Shown in pieces: positions 44,575-58,740 of a stretch of 64,000 nt of DNA. Position numbers and translations under genes: made by a program. The DNA is from the human T2T-CHM13v2.0 reference genome, Homo sapiens. Positions within the stretch are counted from its first letter, which is position 1, and the number at the start of each line of letters is the position of its first letter. The stretch is taken from NCBI RefSeq assembly GCF_009914755.1, contig NC_060943.1. One strand, given 5' to 3'. The notes beneath the pieces were generated by a model. That model worked only from the letters and a program-made list of their open reading frames with translations. It was not told the origin of the DNA and did not search any database.

Positions 44575-45395
44575 CAATTTTTGGGGGGCCCCACTCCTTA
44601 CCTGCTTTCAGTCCCTGTGTTTGGGAGGAACGTGCCTTCCTCTTCTCCCGACAGCAGAGTGGTGATGTGGGCGTGCAACCCATCACAGCATTTCATCCCC
44701 TAAGGCACAGTGATCGGGTTCAGAGATACATATGTCATTGGGACAGGTCAACGACAGTGCAACCAGGGATTTTGTTGGCACTGTTGAAAATAAGAAACCC
44801 ATGCCTTCATCTGTTTTGTGCTGCTATAACAGTATATGAGGGACTGGGTAATTTATAAAGAACAGAAATTTATTTCTCACAGTTCTGGAGACTGGGAAGT
44901 CCAAGATCAAGGCACCAGCATCTGCTGAGGGTCATCTTACTGCATCCTCACATGGCAGAAGAGCGGAAGAGTGAACCCACTCTGCAAGCCCTTTGGATAA
45001 AGGCCCTAATCAATTTGTGAGGGAGGAGCCCTCATGGCCTAATCACCTCATGAAGACCCCACTTCTCAACACTATCACATTGGAAACATCAGAATTTTAG
45101 AGGGAACACATTCAAACCATAGCCACCCTCTGTCCAGTATGAGTGCTAACTGTGAGAACAGGGTAAGGCCAGAGCTGGCCATGAAACCAAAGCAGAGATC
45201 AGAACCAAGAGACGAAGAAAGTGGGAGACTGATCTCTGTTAATTTTGCTTTAGTATCAACCTCCAGCGCCATACCAGAAGCCATGCATGCCATTGTACTT
45301 TCCACTTATGTCAGCTGATACATTTCCTTTTCTTCCCTTGAGTCAATTGACTTAAGTTTTTGTCACTTGCATATGAAAGAGTCCTAATGGTTATG
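44575..45395 (+). mobile_element. MLT1K/L-like LTR, split by MST
   Basis: cacagtgatcgggttcagagat; end tttttgtcacttgcatatgaaagagtcctaa. Confidence 0.65.
44802..45124 (-). mobile_element. MST (MSTC/D-like) MaLR LTR
   Basis: gactgggtaatttataaagaacagaaatttatttctcacagttctggag..cattcaaaccatagc. Confidence 0.85.
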
Positions 45396-45644
45396 GAATT
45401 GGAGAATGTACAAGCTAAAAGGAACTTGGATTTGCTCCAATATTAAATATGAAATGAGATCATCTGTACACACTGAAACTTATAGCAAAGCTGACAACCC
45501 TAAGTCACAATTGAGAGCCATCCTTTCTGGACAAGGAGGTCCATTCATTACTGCTTAGGCCTTCCTGACTCACTGGGTCACAGTTTCTACCACCATTGGT
45601 CTACATTTCTAAGCCCAGCCCTTGATAATTGTTAGCCTAGAAAA

Positions 45645-45976
45645 CAGGGTCAGAAAACACAGCCCACTGGCCAAATCAGATCTGCCACGTGTTTTGAGAT
45701 GGCCTATGAGCTAAGAATGTTTTTTTTTACATTTTACGATGGTTGAGAGGAAAAAAAAAAAAAGAAGTTCAATATTTTATAGCATGTAAAAATTACATTA
45801 AATTCACATGTCAGTGCCCATACATAAAGTTTTATTGGAACACGACCATGCTCATTTGTTTATGTATTTATGGCTCCAAACAGCAGAGTTGAGCAGTTGT
45901 GATGGAGACTGTACAGCCTACAAAGTCTAAAATATTTACTATTTGGCTCTTTACAGGAAAAGTTTACTGACTAGTG
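45645..45976 (+). mobile_element. MER58B (hAT-Charlie)
   Basis: gagctaagaatg..aaagttttattggaacac..ctaaaatatttactat. Confidence 0.85.
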
Positions 45977-46277
45977 CTGAAAGTCTCTGGAGATGTGACC
46001 TTCACAGTTTGGTATCTAGCTTTGAGACCCCGTATCACCAACAATGAAAAGCACTTCCCTTGAAATAATTTACATAGTTACCCAAGATTTAGACAGCAGA
46101 CATCTCAGGATGTAGAGGATTTTTTTCAGATTGTTTCCAGGACCTAGCTTTGAGCCAAACATACAGTATTCCTGCAATAAGTCTTTGCTGTGTAAAAACA
46201 AAAATCGAATGTTAAATTAGGCCACTGACCCTTTTAAGCCCAAAGCATAAATAAATACAGAAAATGTGAATTTGCCA

Positions 46278-46779
<502 letters not shown>

Positions 46780-46879
46780 TAGGCATCCAGGAATGCGAGT
46801 TGTGCTGCCAAGTGACATTTCTCTTCATGTTTTCCCTCCCTGGCAGAGTCGCCACTTGATTTAGGATCTGACACCATGG

Positions 46880-47045
46880 GTAGATATTGGAATTCCAGTC
46901 TTAGCCTGCAAGTCACACAATGTCTTTGAGCTTCAGCTTCCAAGCCTGCAAGATGGGGCGATAAGAGTTTACCTCCTGGGAGTTAAGAGGATTAAATAAG
47001 TTAACAGTTAAGTAAAAGTACTCTGAAATGTTAGCTTTTATTTTC
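46880..47045 (+). mobile_element. MIR
   Basis: caagtcacacaatgtctttgagcttcagcttcc..gaggattaaataagttaa. Confidence 0.75.
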
Positions 47046-47359
47046 ATCCTTCCCTCCTTGTGTAAGAAAATAATGTAAATAGCCTTTATTGCTCTTAGTT
47101 TTTCTTGTAAAAGCTGTGGGAAGGTGAAATAACCTCATTGAAATAGAGCCATTCATAAGTAGGGTAGATCATTAACCGCTATGAGATAGATGATTATATT
47201 CCATCAGGTTCCAAGCCGACAGCACCCATTTTACAGTTTGGAACTGTGAAGTATTTGTACTGTGTGATCCACAGCTCTTAAACTTTCCAAGACTTAGTCA
47301 GTCCTTAGGTTCCAGACAAACTTTCATCCCACCTACACCCCCAACCTACTCTCATCAGG

Positions 47360-48490
<1,131 letters not shown>

Positions 48491-48578
48491 GACCTTGTAG
48501 AACAAAAATGCTTCCTGGGTCTACAGAATGAGAATAGGCCACAAGAGAAGCGGGAATGAAACTTGGAAACTCAAGCAT

Positions 48579-48614
48579 GAGTGCATTTTTAAGACGAGAG
48601 TGCATTTTTAAGAC
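48579..48614. repeat. Short tandem duplication of gagtgcatttttaagac (19-bp period)
   Basis: Direct inspection. Confidence 0.9.
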
Positions 48615-48974
48615 ACATCTCTGGGCTGAGGCAACGCATTTACACACATGTACTGTTTTTACTGAATTCTGAACCAGAGAGCTAGATGGATAGATGATAG
48701 ATAATTAAATTGGTTCCAATGACAGAGAGCTAAATGGATGTTTGTTTTTATCATGCCAAATGATCATGCTTATTTTCTGAAATTTTCACTTCACAACTGC
48801 TTGTTTTGGTGTCAGGTAGATACATTTAAGTTATCAAAACTTGCCTGGGAGGAGTGAGAAAAGAGTGTGCTTCTTGTCTCTGCTATCAGCAAATATAAGC
48901 CCACCAGGTGACAAGTCCCTGCCAAGTTCCAGGACAGCATGGGGAGCTGTGTATGATGCACTCATGGAGTCTAA

Positions 48975-50938
48975 AATCAGGTGGGCATCCAGGTTGGAAA
49001 GAAAGAAGTAGAACTGTCTTTATTCAACAGATGATAAGATCACTGATATAGTAAATCTGATGAAATCAACAAAAAGCTAATAGAACTAATAGGTAAATTT
49101 TGCAAGAATGCAGAACACAAGACTGACATAAAAAAAGAATTGCATTTCTATATATTAGCAATGAACAATCAAAACTCATTATTTTAAACATATCTTCCAC
49201 AATAGCATCAAAAACATAAAATACTTAGGAGTAAATCTGACAAAAGATGTGAAAGACATGCACACGGACAACAAAATATTGTGAGATACGTGAAAGGAGC
49301 CCTGAATAAATGGAAATATACAGACCTTGTTCACAGGTTGAAAAACTCAATGTTAATAAGATGTAAATTCTCCCAAGTTGATTTAATCCTATCTCAATCA
49401 AAATCTTAGCATGCTATGTGTAGAAATTGAAAGCTGATTCTGAAATTCTTATAGAAATACGAAAGACCTGGAATAGCCAAAACAACTCCAAAAAAGAAAT
49501 GAAAGCTGGAAAGTGGATCTTACCTGATTTTAATAATGATTATAAAGCTACAGTAATCCAAACAACATGATATTGTCATAAAGGTAAACAAATAGATGAA
49601 CAGAACAGAATAGAGAGTTCAGAAATAAAGCTATGCACATATAGACAACTAACTTTTACAAAGCACCAAAAGCAATGCACTGAAGGAAGAATAGTTTTTT
49701 CAACAAATTAAGTTGGAACAATTCATTTGTATTCAACTGTATACAATTGTATATTCATATACAAAAAAATACATTTGAATCCATACCTCATATCAGATGC
49801 CAAATTAATGTAAAATGCAAAACTATAACATTTCCAAAACACATAGAAGAAAAACTTTGTCCTTAGATTAAGCCTAAAGGTCTTTCATACAACAGCAAAG
49901 CACAATCCACAGAGCAAACTGATGACTTAGAGCTCTTAGAAATTTTTGTTTTTCAAAACATGCACTGTTAAGAGAATGAAAAGACAAGCCACAGGTTAAT
50001 AGAAAATTTCTGCAAGACATGTATCTGATAAAAGACTTGTATTCAAAATGTATAAACAATTTTCAAAACTTTACAATAAAAAAACAAACAACCCATTAAA
50101 AATAGACAAAATATTTGAACAGACATTTCACTAGAGAGGACACATAGATGGCCAATAGGCACATGAAAAGATGCTCAACATCATTAGTCATTAGAGACAT
50201 GCACAGCAAAGCCAGGAGATACTACTTCACACCCATCAGAATGACTAAAATAAACAAAGACTGAGCATACCCAAGCTGTGGAGAAACCGGAACTCTCATA
50301 CACTCATGGCAGAAATGTAAAATATTCACCCACTTGGCAAAACAGCTTGGCAGTTTCTTAAGAAATTAAGCATACCTCTGCCATATGATCCAGCTGTTCC
50401 ACCTGTAGGCATTATCAGCCAAGAGGAAATACAAGTCCATGCAAAGATGTATACATGAACGTGCATGGCAGCTTCATCTATAACAGCCCCATATTGGAAG
50501 CAATTCAAATGTCCACCAACAGATGAATGAATAAACAAATTACAGTAAATCTGTACAATGGAATGCTACTCAGAAATAAAGAAGAATGAACTATTGAAAT
50601 ATGCAACAACATGAATGACTCTTAAAATAATTATGCTGAATGAAAGAAGCTATACCAAAGGAAGGACATACTGTATATTCTGTTTATATAAAATTCTAGA
50701 AAATTCACACGAATCTAGTGATAGGATCATTGGTTGCCTGGGGATGAGGGATTGGGGAGGACTGGGAGGGAGGGATTATGAAGGGGCATGAGGAAACTTC
50801 TGGAGGTAACGATATGTTTATTTATTGATTGTGGTGGTTTCACGGATGCATATGTCAAAACTTATCAAATCATATATCTTAAATATGTATAGTTATTGTA
50901 AGCCAATTGTAACTTAATAAATTTGCACTTTTAAAAAA
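48975..50938 (+). mobile_element. Old L1 (L1MC/L1MD-like) ORF2 remnant plus 3'UTR
   Basis: Degenerate ORF2 (ggaatagccaaaaca, tataaagctacagtaatc, aaagatgctcaacatcattagtcattag); 3'UTR ggggcatgaggaaactt..tgtcaaaacttatcaaat. Confidence 0.9.
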
Positions 50939-50942
50939 TCCA

Positions 50943-51101
50943 AGCCAGACATGGTGGTCTGCCTGTAGTTACAGCTACTCAGGAGGCTGAGGCAGAATGA
51001 TTGCTTGAGCTCAGGAGATAAGGCTGCAGTGAGCTTGGATTGCACCACCACACTCAAGCCTGAGCAACAGAGCAAGATCCTGACTCTAAAAAAGAAAAAA
51101 A
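50943..51101 (+). mobile_element. FRAM / Alu right monomer
   Basis: Right arm only, with A tail. Confidence 0.8.
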
Positions 51102-51409
51102 GTCTTATGGGAAAAAAAATCAATTTCCTGGTAAAGAATGCCAACTGCTGGGAAGAAAACAAGATCTGGAGCAAGGTGAGCGTTTAGCAGTGGATGCTGC
51201 GTAGACCTCAGGTGATGCCCAAGGAAAGTCAGGCGATATTTGAATAGAACTGAAAAGTGTTTACTGTGTGAAAAGCTGGGGAAGAGGGGAGGAGGTGAGA
51301 AAGAAAGAGAAGGGTGAAGACCTTTCCTGAAGGAGGGAGCAGCTTGTAGGAAGGCTTTGAGGTCAGGTGGAGTGTGTTCCTATCAGGACTTCAGCACAGA
51401 AGGTACACA

Positions 51410-51892
51410 GTGATGTGTATCAACTTGATTGGGCTAAGTGATGCCCACATAGCTGATAACATATTACTTCTGGGTGTGTCTGTGAGGGTGTTTCTAAAGA
51501 GACTGGCATTTGAACCAATAGGCTAAGTTAAGTAGATTTGCATTGACCAATGTGAGCTGTCACCATCCAATCCATTGAGGGTCAGAATAGAACAAAAAGG
51601 TGGAGGACGGGTGGATTCTCTCCCTTCTCCAGCTGGGACGTCCATCGTCTTCTCCTGCTTTGTACATCTGATGTACTAGCTTCCCCTGATGCTTGCACAT
51701 CAGAGCTCCTGGTTCTCAGGCCTTCTGGTTTCAGGACTTACAGTATCAGCTCTCCTGGTTCTCAGGCCTTTGGACTTGGACTGAATTACACTGGCTTTCT
51801 GGGACCTCCAGCTTGCAGACAGCAGGTGGTGGGACTTCTTGGCCTCCAGAATCATGTGAGCTGATTCCCATAATAAATCCCCTCTTAATCTA

Positions 51893-51928
<36 letters not shown>

Positions 51929-52040
51929 TCTACCTATCTATCTATCTATTATCTATCTATCTTTATTTATTTCTATTTACCTGTCTGTCTATCTGTGAAT
52001 ACCATTCCTTCTGTTTCTCCAAAGAGCCCTGACCAGTATA
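51410..52040 (+). mobile_element. MLT2 (ERVL) LTR
   Basis: tcaacttgattgggctaag..ctgggtgtgtctgtgagggtgtttc..gaatagaacaaaaagg..ccctgaccagtata. Confidence 0.9.
51888..51995. repeat. (TCTG)n(TCTA)n tetranucleotide STR within MLT2
   Basis: Direct inspection. Confidence 0.9.
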
Positions 52041-52529
52041 GAAGCTGTGATGGATAACACTTAACTCACTTTACTCAACTTTTTTTTTTCTTTTCAAAAA
52101 AGAGAGCTTTGGGAGATAAATGGTTCAAATTGTTCACGCTCCAAACCTGCAGGTTTTTCCACCATCAGAAGGATGACCATAAACTCACAGTTCTGGACTC
52201 CCTTAGGCCACCAAACTCCCCCTGACTTGAGCAGGCTTGTCCTCCAGCCTGAACAACCCCGGGGCCCAGTCACATCTGCTGAGTGGCTGCTCTGTGGAGG
52301 CAGCATGACTGGCCCGATGGGTACAGACACAGCCACTGGCACAAGGCCCACCTTGCTCTGCTCTGTTCAGTGGCCTCAGAACACTGCTTAAGCTCTCTGG
52401 ACCTCAGGGTCCTACCTGTAGACAGTTCCTTTGGGAGAAGACCATGACAGCAGGTCTTTGGGAAAGATAAAATTGTGTGTAACTGCAAAGGGTGTTCACC
52501 AAAGGACTTTGTCTCCAGGTGTGGCCAAC

Positions 52530-52958
52530 CGCTGTAGAGACTCTGGGACCCCACCCAGAGTCCCTTGCCAGCTAGTGTGTGCACCCATGAGGGTAGGCTG
52601 CTAAAATCTCACTCCTGCACCCTCCTCTGGAGGACTGCCCTCCTCCTTACTTACAAATGCTGGGATGATATGCCCTCCCTAAGGAGGGGTCCCCATCCAA
52701 TGACTAACTAGTGGAGAGTGGCAATGGTCAGACCACTTGCCTTAAGGAAGGATGGCTCTGTGGTGTCATTCAGGTACCAGAACTCCCTGTGGAATCAGCT
52801 GAGGCCAGACTCCAGCTAGGTCCACAGCTTGGCCTGGCTTCTTTCCCACCCCTCCTTTGCTTCCTGAACAACCTCACATTCTCCCTGCGAGCACCCCCTT
52901 GATCAATCAAGGCACCAGCGTTCTAGACACTCTGATTCTGGAGAACCCTAACAGAGAC
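52530..52958 (+). mobile_element. LTR16A/E-like ERVL LTR
   Basis: ccaatgactaac..ccacttgcctta..ctctgtggtgtcattca..ccagaactccctgtggaatcagctgaggccagactcc. Confidence 0.7.
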
Positions 52959-52982
52959 TTCTGAGACCTCAACACTCTGAGA

Positions 52983-53150
52983 TTTTTTTCTTTTTTCTTT
53001 TTTTTTTTTCAAACAGGGTCTCACTCTGTCTCAGGCTAGAGTGCAGTGGTACAGTCATGGCACTGTAGCATCAAACTCCTGGACTTAAGTAATTTGCCCA
53101 CCTCAGACTCCCAAAGCACTAAGATTACAGGCGTGAGCCACCGTGCTGGC
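52983..53150 (-). mobile_element. Monomeric Alu (FRAM/FAM-like, or an internally recombined AluJ)
   Basis: Single ~140 bp monomer; TSD cactctgagatt / cactcagagatt. Confidence 0.8.
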
Positions 53151-53706
53151 CCCACTCAGAGATTATTAACGGCAGGTGTAACATCTTTGCCATAAGCCAT
53201 CCCACCTCTGCCCCACATGGAGGGTCCCACTGTCTCCCTTCCCAGACCTGCCTTGGAACACTGAGGAGCCTAGGGCCCAGGACCTGACTCACTCCTGGAT
53301 GTTTTGTTCACACTCTTTTCAAAAAACACATTCTCAATAGCTTTAATTTAATCAAAACATTCTTGACTAAGATCATTAAAGCCTCTGAGAGAGGCATTTA
53401 ATTCTAAATTCACCATATCCACGGCATAGCAGTTGAGTAACTGAAAAATCAACTTTATGTCATAATAGTTTGTTAGAACGTTTGTTTACTCTTCATCTGA
53501 GACATGCTAATTAAAACAAGAGGCCTTCACAAGCAATCCAGTTAGCAAACAGGATTGGTTAATAGATAAGGAATGGTTGTTAATTACAGGGAAGCCCCTC
53601 CCTGCCCACATGGATTGGGTTGTTCAATGGGGTCCACGGAATGCAACCTTTGGTTCATCTCTTCCCTCATCGAAGACACTTAGGAACATCTCTGAGAAAC
53701 ACTTAC

Positions 53707-53791
53707 CTTGGTCGGGTCTCGCCTGTCACCAGATCTTTCTGAATTCATCTTGAAGGGAAGTGATTCAGGACCCTTGTGGATTTCTGTTTCC
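53707..53791 (-). ncRNA. Candidate exon (85 nt)
   Basis: Consensus donor AAG|gtaagt on the minus strand; weak acceptor ccaccctag|G. Confidence 0.2.
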
Positions 53792-55449
53792 CTAGGGTGG
53801 AGCTATTCCCACTCTCCCACCACCTTGCCTGTTAGCATGTGGTCCTAACTCCTGCTGCACTGGCTCCTCACGCAGGATAAGGAGCTGTTGCAGAAAGTCC
53901 CCTGCTAACAACTGGCCCTCTGACTGCTGTAGGAGACCTGGCCAGCCCTACTACCTTCCCACAGACACACCCCCACATGTTCCAGAAGCCAGTCAATGGG
54001 GGCAGGGGGCATGCTCCTTACTATGAGTTCAGGAACATCTCCAAACATAGACACCAAGGGGCCCAGGATGCATTTGTTAAGTTTCAAAGTATCAAACCCC
54101 TTACCCTTCCAACACGGTTTCCACTCTGTCTGGCCTTTTTCTGCCTTTCTGCATAATTGCACTTTCACGGACAATTTTTCATCTGCTTCCCTCCCTCACA
54201 AGTCTAAGACCAATCACCCAATATCCTGCTTTAGTCCTGCCCAGCAACCTCTCCTTCTGGCATATTCCCCTCCCTTCAGAGCCCTGGGTATTCATGCACA
54301 TCCGGCCCTCAGCCAGGACATATACTCCCTGCTCTCCCCAGCCCCCAACTCAGGAACAGGGCTCCTAACCTTCCCGTAGACTCCAAGATGTTAGAATGAA
54401 AAGACATCTTACAGACCTCATTTTAAAGTAAAGAAACTGAGGCAGAGAGGCAGTGATGGAGGCGTTGTCATATTTCTGGTTGGAAGGCGCAACCCAAGGC
54501 CACGTTGCTATTTTTAATGTCTAATCCACATTACAATGTACATAAGTCATGAGCTGATTCCAACCGTGTTACTCATTTTTGTCATCCCTGTGTTGAGTTA
54601 GTTCTCTTATGCAGAGTTTCAGCCTTCCAGAAGCTAAAAGACTAATACAGGGAGCTGTCATGACAACGACACCATGGTAGCACTTAATGAAAACTTGAGT
54701 TATGGAAATATAAAATACTGAAATAAAAATATTAATAAAGCCTCGCTTTTATGTGGAATTTGGAAATATGTGAACAGCAAAAATTTTATCACTATGAACA
54801 CATTAGTCTTGAATTAGGTGCATTTTGTATTGAGGACTTGAAGAAGGTCTCCTCATTGTGATGACTGAGGTGGACGGGGACTCCAAAGGCTCTTTAAGCT
54901 TTGAAGAGCACAGATGTCATCATTTGTGCCTGCAGTCTCCCGCAGGCCTGGCACAAAGAATAGGTGTCTGGTAGGTGTTGGACAAGGAAGGGGTAAAGGA
55001 ATGGATGTTCCTACTCTGAGGCCCTGCAGCCTCCAGTCCCAGAGCTCGCTTTGGGCAGAGCCCTGCAGCAGAGAACTCCTGTAACTGTGGGGACCTCTTC
55101 TGGAGGGGCTGGCGTCTCAAGGGTGATTGGCTTCCTGGCAGCAAACACAGGCTCCATGCTGGAGTGTTTGAAGGTCTACGTATCAAAAGGGAGGAAATGA
55201 TTAATCATATGTAGCCAGCCTGCTGAGAGGAGGGCTAGGAAAACCAGGATGGGAATCAGAAAGAAGCGTCCTCCTGGCCAAGGACGTTTCCTGCCTTCTT
55301 ACCTCCATTAGAGGCACTTTCTTCTCCGACCTCAGTCTTTTCTGTGCAGGAAATCCTGGCCTTTTTAGCTGCTGTAAGCCTTTGCTTGCTACTGGTCTCA
55401 GGAAGCTGTCCTGGACTGATGTCTGAAGGCAACTGCCACTTCATTCTCA

Positions 55450-55650
55450 CTAGTACTTTCTGAGCGCTGAATACATCTCAGGCTCTGCCCTAAGCACTTC
55501 TTTAATTCTCCCGATAACCACATGAGGGAAGTGCCATTATTTCTTTTTCCCAAGTGAGGAAACTGAGGTTCTGAGAGGCTAAGGGTTGGAACTCACAGCT
55601 CTTCTCTAAGCAATGGAGATGACTTTGGAAACCATTTGACTACAAACCAT
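55450..55650 (-). mobile_element. MIR
   Basis: gtgaggaaactgaggttctgagagg. Confidence 0.8.
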
Positions 55651-56768
55651 TTACACCGTCTTCCCCTCCCAGCCTCCGCCCAGGTTGCCAGCCTCACATT
55701 GTTGTGGTTCCCCTAGTTTCCTCAAAAGTCAGGCAGCCCAGCCTGGGGGAGATCTCAGGAAACTCCAAGATCAGCTTCTACATGACTGGAGGCCACAGCT
55801 GCTACCACCACTCAAGCCTGGCAGCACCAACGCCAGGCCTTGGTGATGGATGTGTGGGCCCTGGCCATCTGCCTGGCACCAACCAGACTCCCAAATGCCC
55901 CAGGGATTCAGAGTGTGCCAGGAATCCCCCAGGCCATGCCTGTGCTAGTTTCTGCACCTTTGCTCACTTGATCTCCTCTGCCTGGAGCTTCTCTTTCCTT
56001 CTCTAGCCCAATCCAACCCCTTTTCCATGGTCGGATCCAATCCCCACATCCCCAACTCTTGGGAGTCCTGCTGGCTTCTTCCTTCCTCATGTTCCCTGTT
56101 GGGGTTTGGTGACTCACATAAATGTTGTAAATGTGCATGATATAAATAAGGAAAACAGACCTGTAATAATCCTACCGGAACTATGAGGGTCAATGGTATA
56201 GGAGGTCCAGACTTTACAAGAACTCTCCCATTTTGACGTAAATTAATTTCAACTTATAAAACACTGTCTATATAAAAGAAAGTCCATCTTTGGGTTAAAT
56301 CTGAGCTATGAACCACCAGTTTGCAACTGTGTCCAAGAGTATGTGTGGTGTGTATCATCAGAGCCAGTATTCAAATCTGAATGGCCCAGCGTGAGTCCCT
56401 CAACTTCCTAATATGAGTGACTCGATTTCCCCACAAGGAAACTCCCGCCTCCTTTCCAAAGATGAGGAAGTTATGTTGATCACATTTTCCTTGATCCTCT
56501 CACTATCAGGAACCTCCAAACCAAAACTGAGCTAGGTCACAGAAATTATTTTACCCTTCATTTTCTCTTTTGTTCTTCTATTTTTATGTTTTGTGCTTTC
56601 ATTATATTTCTGTGGCAAACTATTGGAGAAATTTCATGAAAGATGTAGGGAAGAATTAAACACATGAATTAAGTAGGTTTCAGGGGGATGTCTCCAAACC
56701 CTAGGAGGTCAGGAAACATTTCCTTTCCTGTCCTAACCCTGACCTTTTTCCAGGTCCAGCTGGGCACG

Positions 56769-57150
56769 TGTATTGCTCAGGGTTCATTGTTTGCAAGTTG
56801 CAGAAAGCAACTCGGGCTGGCATTATCACAGGGGGATTTTTTTAGAAGAAGATGGAGTAAGTCAGAAAATGTAAAGCAAAAACAAAAGAAGAAAAAGAAC
56901 CAGTCGGGGAAGGATCTGAAAGCAGAGCCATGGCGGGCTGCATTGGACTCTGACTCCAGTTGCAACCTGGGATTGATGGATTCCAACTCCGCTGCCTGCT
57001 GATCGGGACTCAAATTCAGAGAAGTTGGTATTGCTTGGATAACATTTCCTCTCTTTATCAGCCTCGCCAAGACCCTTAGAAAAAGGGAGCCTGAATTCCC
57101 CGGAGGAAAATCTGGGCGAAATATAGGGAAAGAATGGATGTACTAAATGG
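56769..57150. mobile_element. Old MaLR/ERVL LTR remnant
   Basis: tgtattgctcagggttc..ttgcaagttgcagaaa..caactc terminus pattern. Confidence 0.45.
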
Positions 57151-57554
57151 ATCTCGTTGAAGTGTATTGAACTGAGCCAGGCCTGGTAGCGTAGGAGAAT
57201 CTAGTGTGGGAACGTTCATTCAATTCATTTCTCTATTTCTTGTGGATCCAATGGGACCCATCATGGCAGGATGAATCATGACCCCAGAAAGGAGCCTTCA
57301 CTTAGGAAGTTGGATAAAGAAGAAAGTGGGGTTTCCCAGAGCTTCCTTCATGGGTCTGAAATGGAGCAGGCCTACCTGAGCCTCAGAGTGGCTGCCACCC
57401 CCTGCAAAGCAACCATAAATGCCACCTTCTGTCCTGTCCTGGACTATACAGTTCTGGGCATGCTCAGTATCTTGCCACAGGGCTCAGCCCACGCGACAGT
57501 GCTCCAGCATACTCTTCTCATCCCCTGGGTTGCCAACGTTTAAGGACTCCACAG

Positions 57555-57775
57555 GTATTGAGGTGTAGGGGTTAAGAACTCACATCGAGAGCTGTCAAGC
57601 CCAGGATCTGAGCTCTGTCTTCTCCAGTTGTCAGGTTTTAAACCGGTCTGATTGCTTCTTTTAAAACTTCCAATTTCTCATCTGTGAAATGTGGATAATA
57701 ATGCTGACCTCATAAAGGTCGTCAGGAGGATATGAAGATGTTGAATAAGATTATCTTATTCCACAAGTGGCTCCT
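57555..57775 (+). mobile_element. MIR
   Basis: gggttaagaac..tttctcatctgtgaaatgtggataataatgctgacctcata. Confidence 0.8.
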
Positions 57776-58329
57776 AAGCAACTACTCCATGCTACCCTCT
57801 TACCAACCTCGGGGGTTGCAGCAGGAAAAGGACAGACAACATGCTGCCTTCCTGGAGAGAGACGGCAATCACACAAATAAATGCACATATTATTTCAAAT
57901 AATAGTAAGTACAGTGAGGAAAAGTCAATAGGGCATTGCAGAGATGGAGACCCATCTTCAGCAAGGAGGGACTCGCTGCCCAACTGCAGGGAAAGTGGTT
58001 AGCTGCAGAGCAGAGCTGCCTTGACAAGGCTCTCATCCTTCCTGGGGCAGCCTCCATCTGAGAACTAAGTAAGGTGCCTGTAAACGTCTGGCCATTTTGG
58101 CTCACGGCGGGATACGCTGATGAGTGATTCTTACTCCCAAGCCACCCACGTCAGTTGCATTTCTTCCTCTGCACAATGTTTCTACCCTCTTCCCTACACA
58201 GGGGTTGAACCCTCTGAAACATCTTGCAACCAAAACTCCATCTTGGCGTCTGCTTCCTTCTGAAGAACTCAACCTGGGACACAGTAAGAGGACAGATCAC
58301 CTACCTGTGAGGACCCCTGTGATTCAGGT

Positions 58330-58740
58330 GGGTGGTCAGGGAAAAACTCTGCAGAGGTAGCATGTAAGCAGAACCCAGAAGCAAGGGCAGGAGCAACAAG
58401 ACCCTGTGGGGGAGACTGGTGCACAGAGGAGCCAAGAAATACTGCAAAGATCGTGGAGAAGGAGACAGGCAAGGCCCGTGTGGTCTGGTGGGAGTAGTAG
58501 GAGATGAGGTCAGAAAAGGAAGAGGTGATCATATGATGCTGTGAGGTCATAAAAATTGCTGCTGGCTTTTACTAGAAGTGAAATGGGAAGTCACGTGAAT
58601 TTTGAGCTAGCAAGTGATGTCTTATGTTTCAAATGGTGAATTCTGGCTGCTGGGTGGACGATGGCGTGAGAGGAGAGGAGAAGCAGAGTAGTAGTGTAGA
58701 AGGGTGTTTTGGTGGTCTAGGGCAAGAGATGACCACAGTT
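58330..58740 (-). mobile_element. L2 fragment
   Basis: gagatgaggtcaga..tggcttttactagaagtgaaatgggaagtca..tctggctgctggg. Confidence 0.65.

Noticed and set aside
48901-48913. CTCF-like CCACCAGGTGACA
   Set aside because: Mismatch at a highly constrained core G; not supportable without ChIP data
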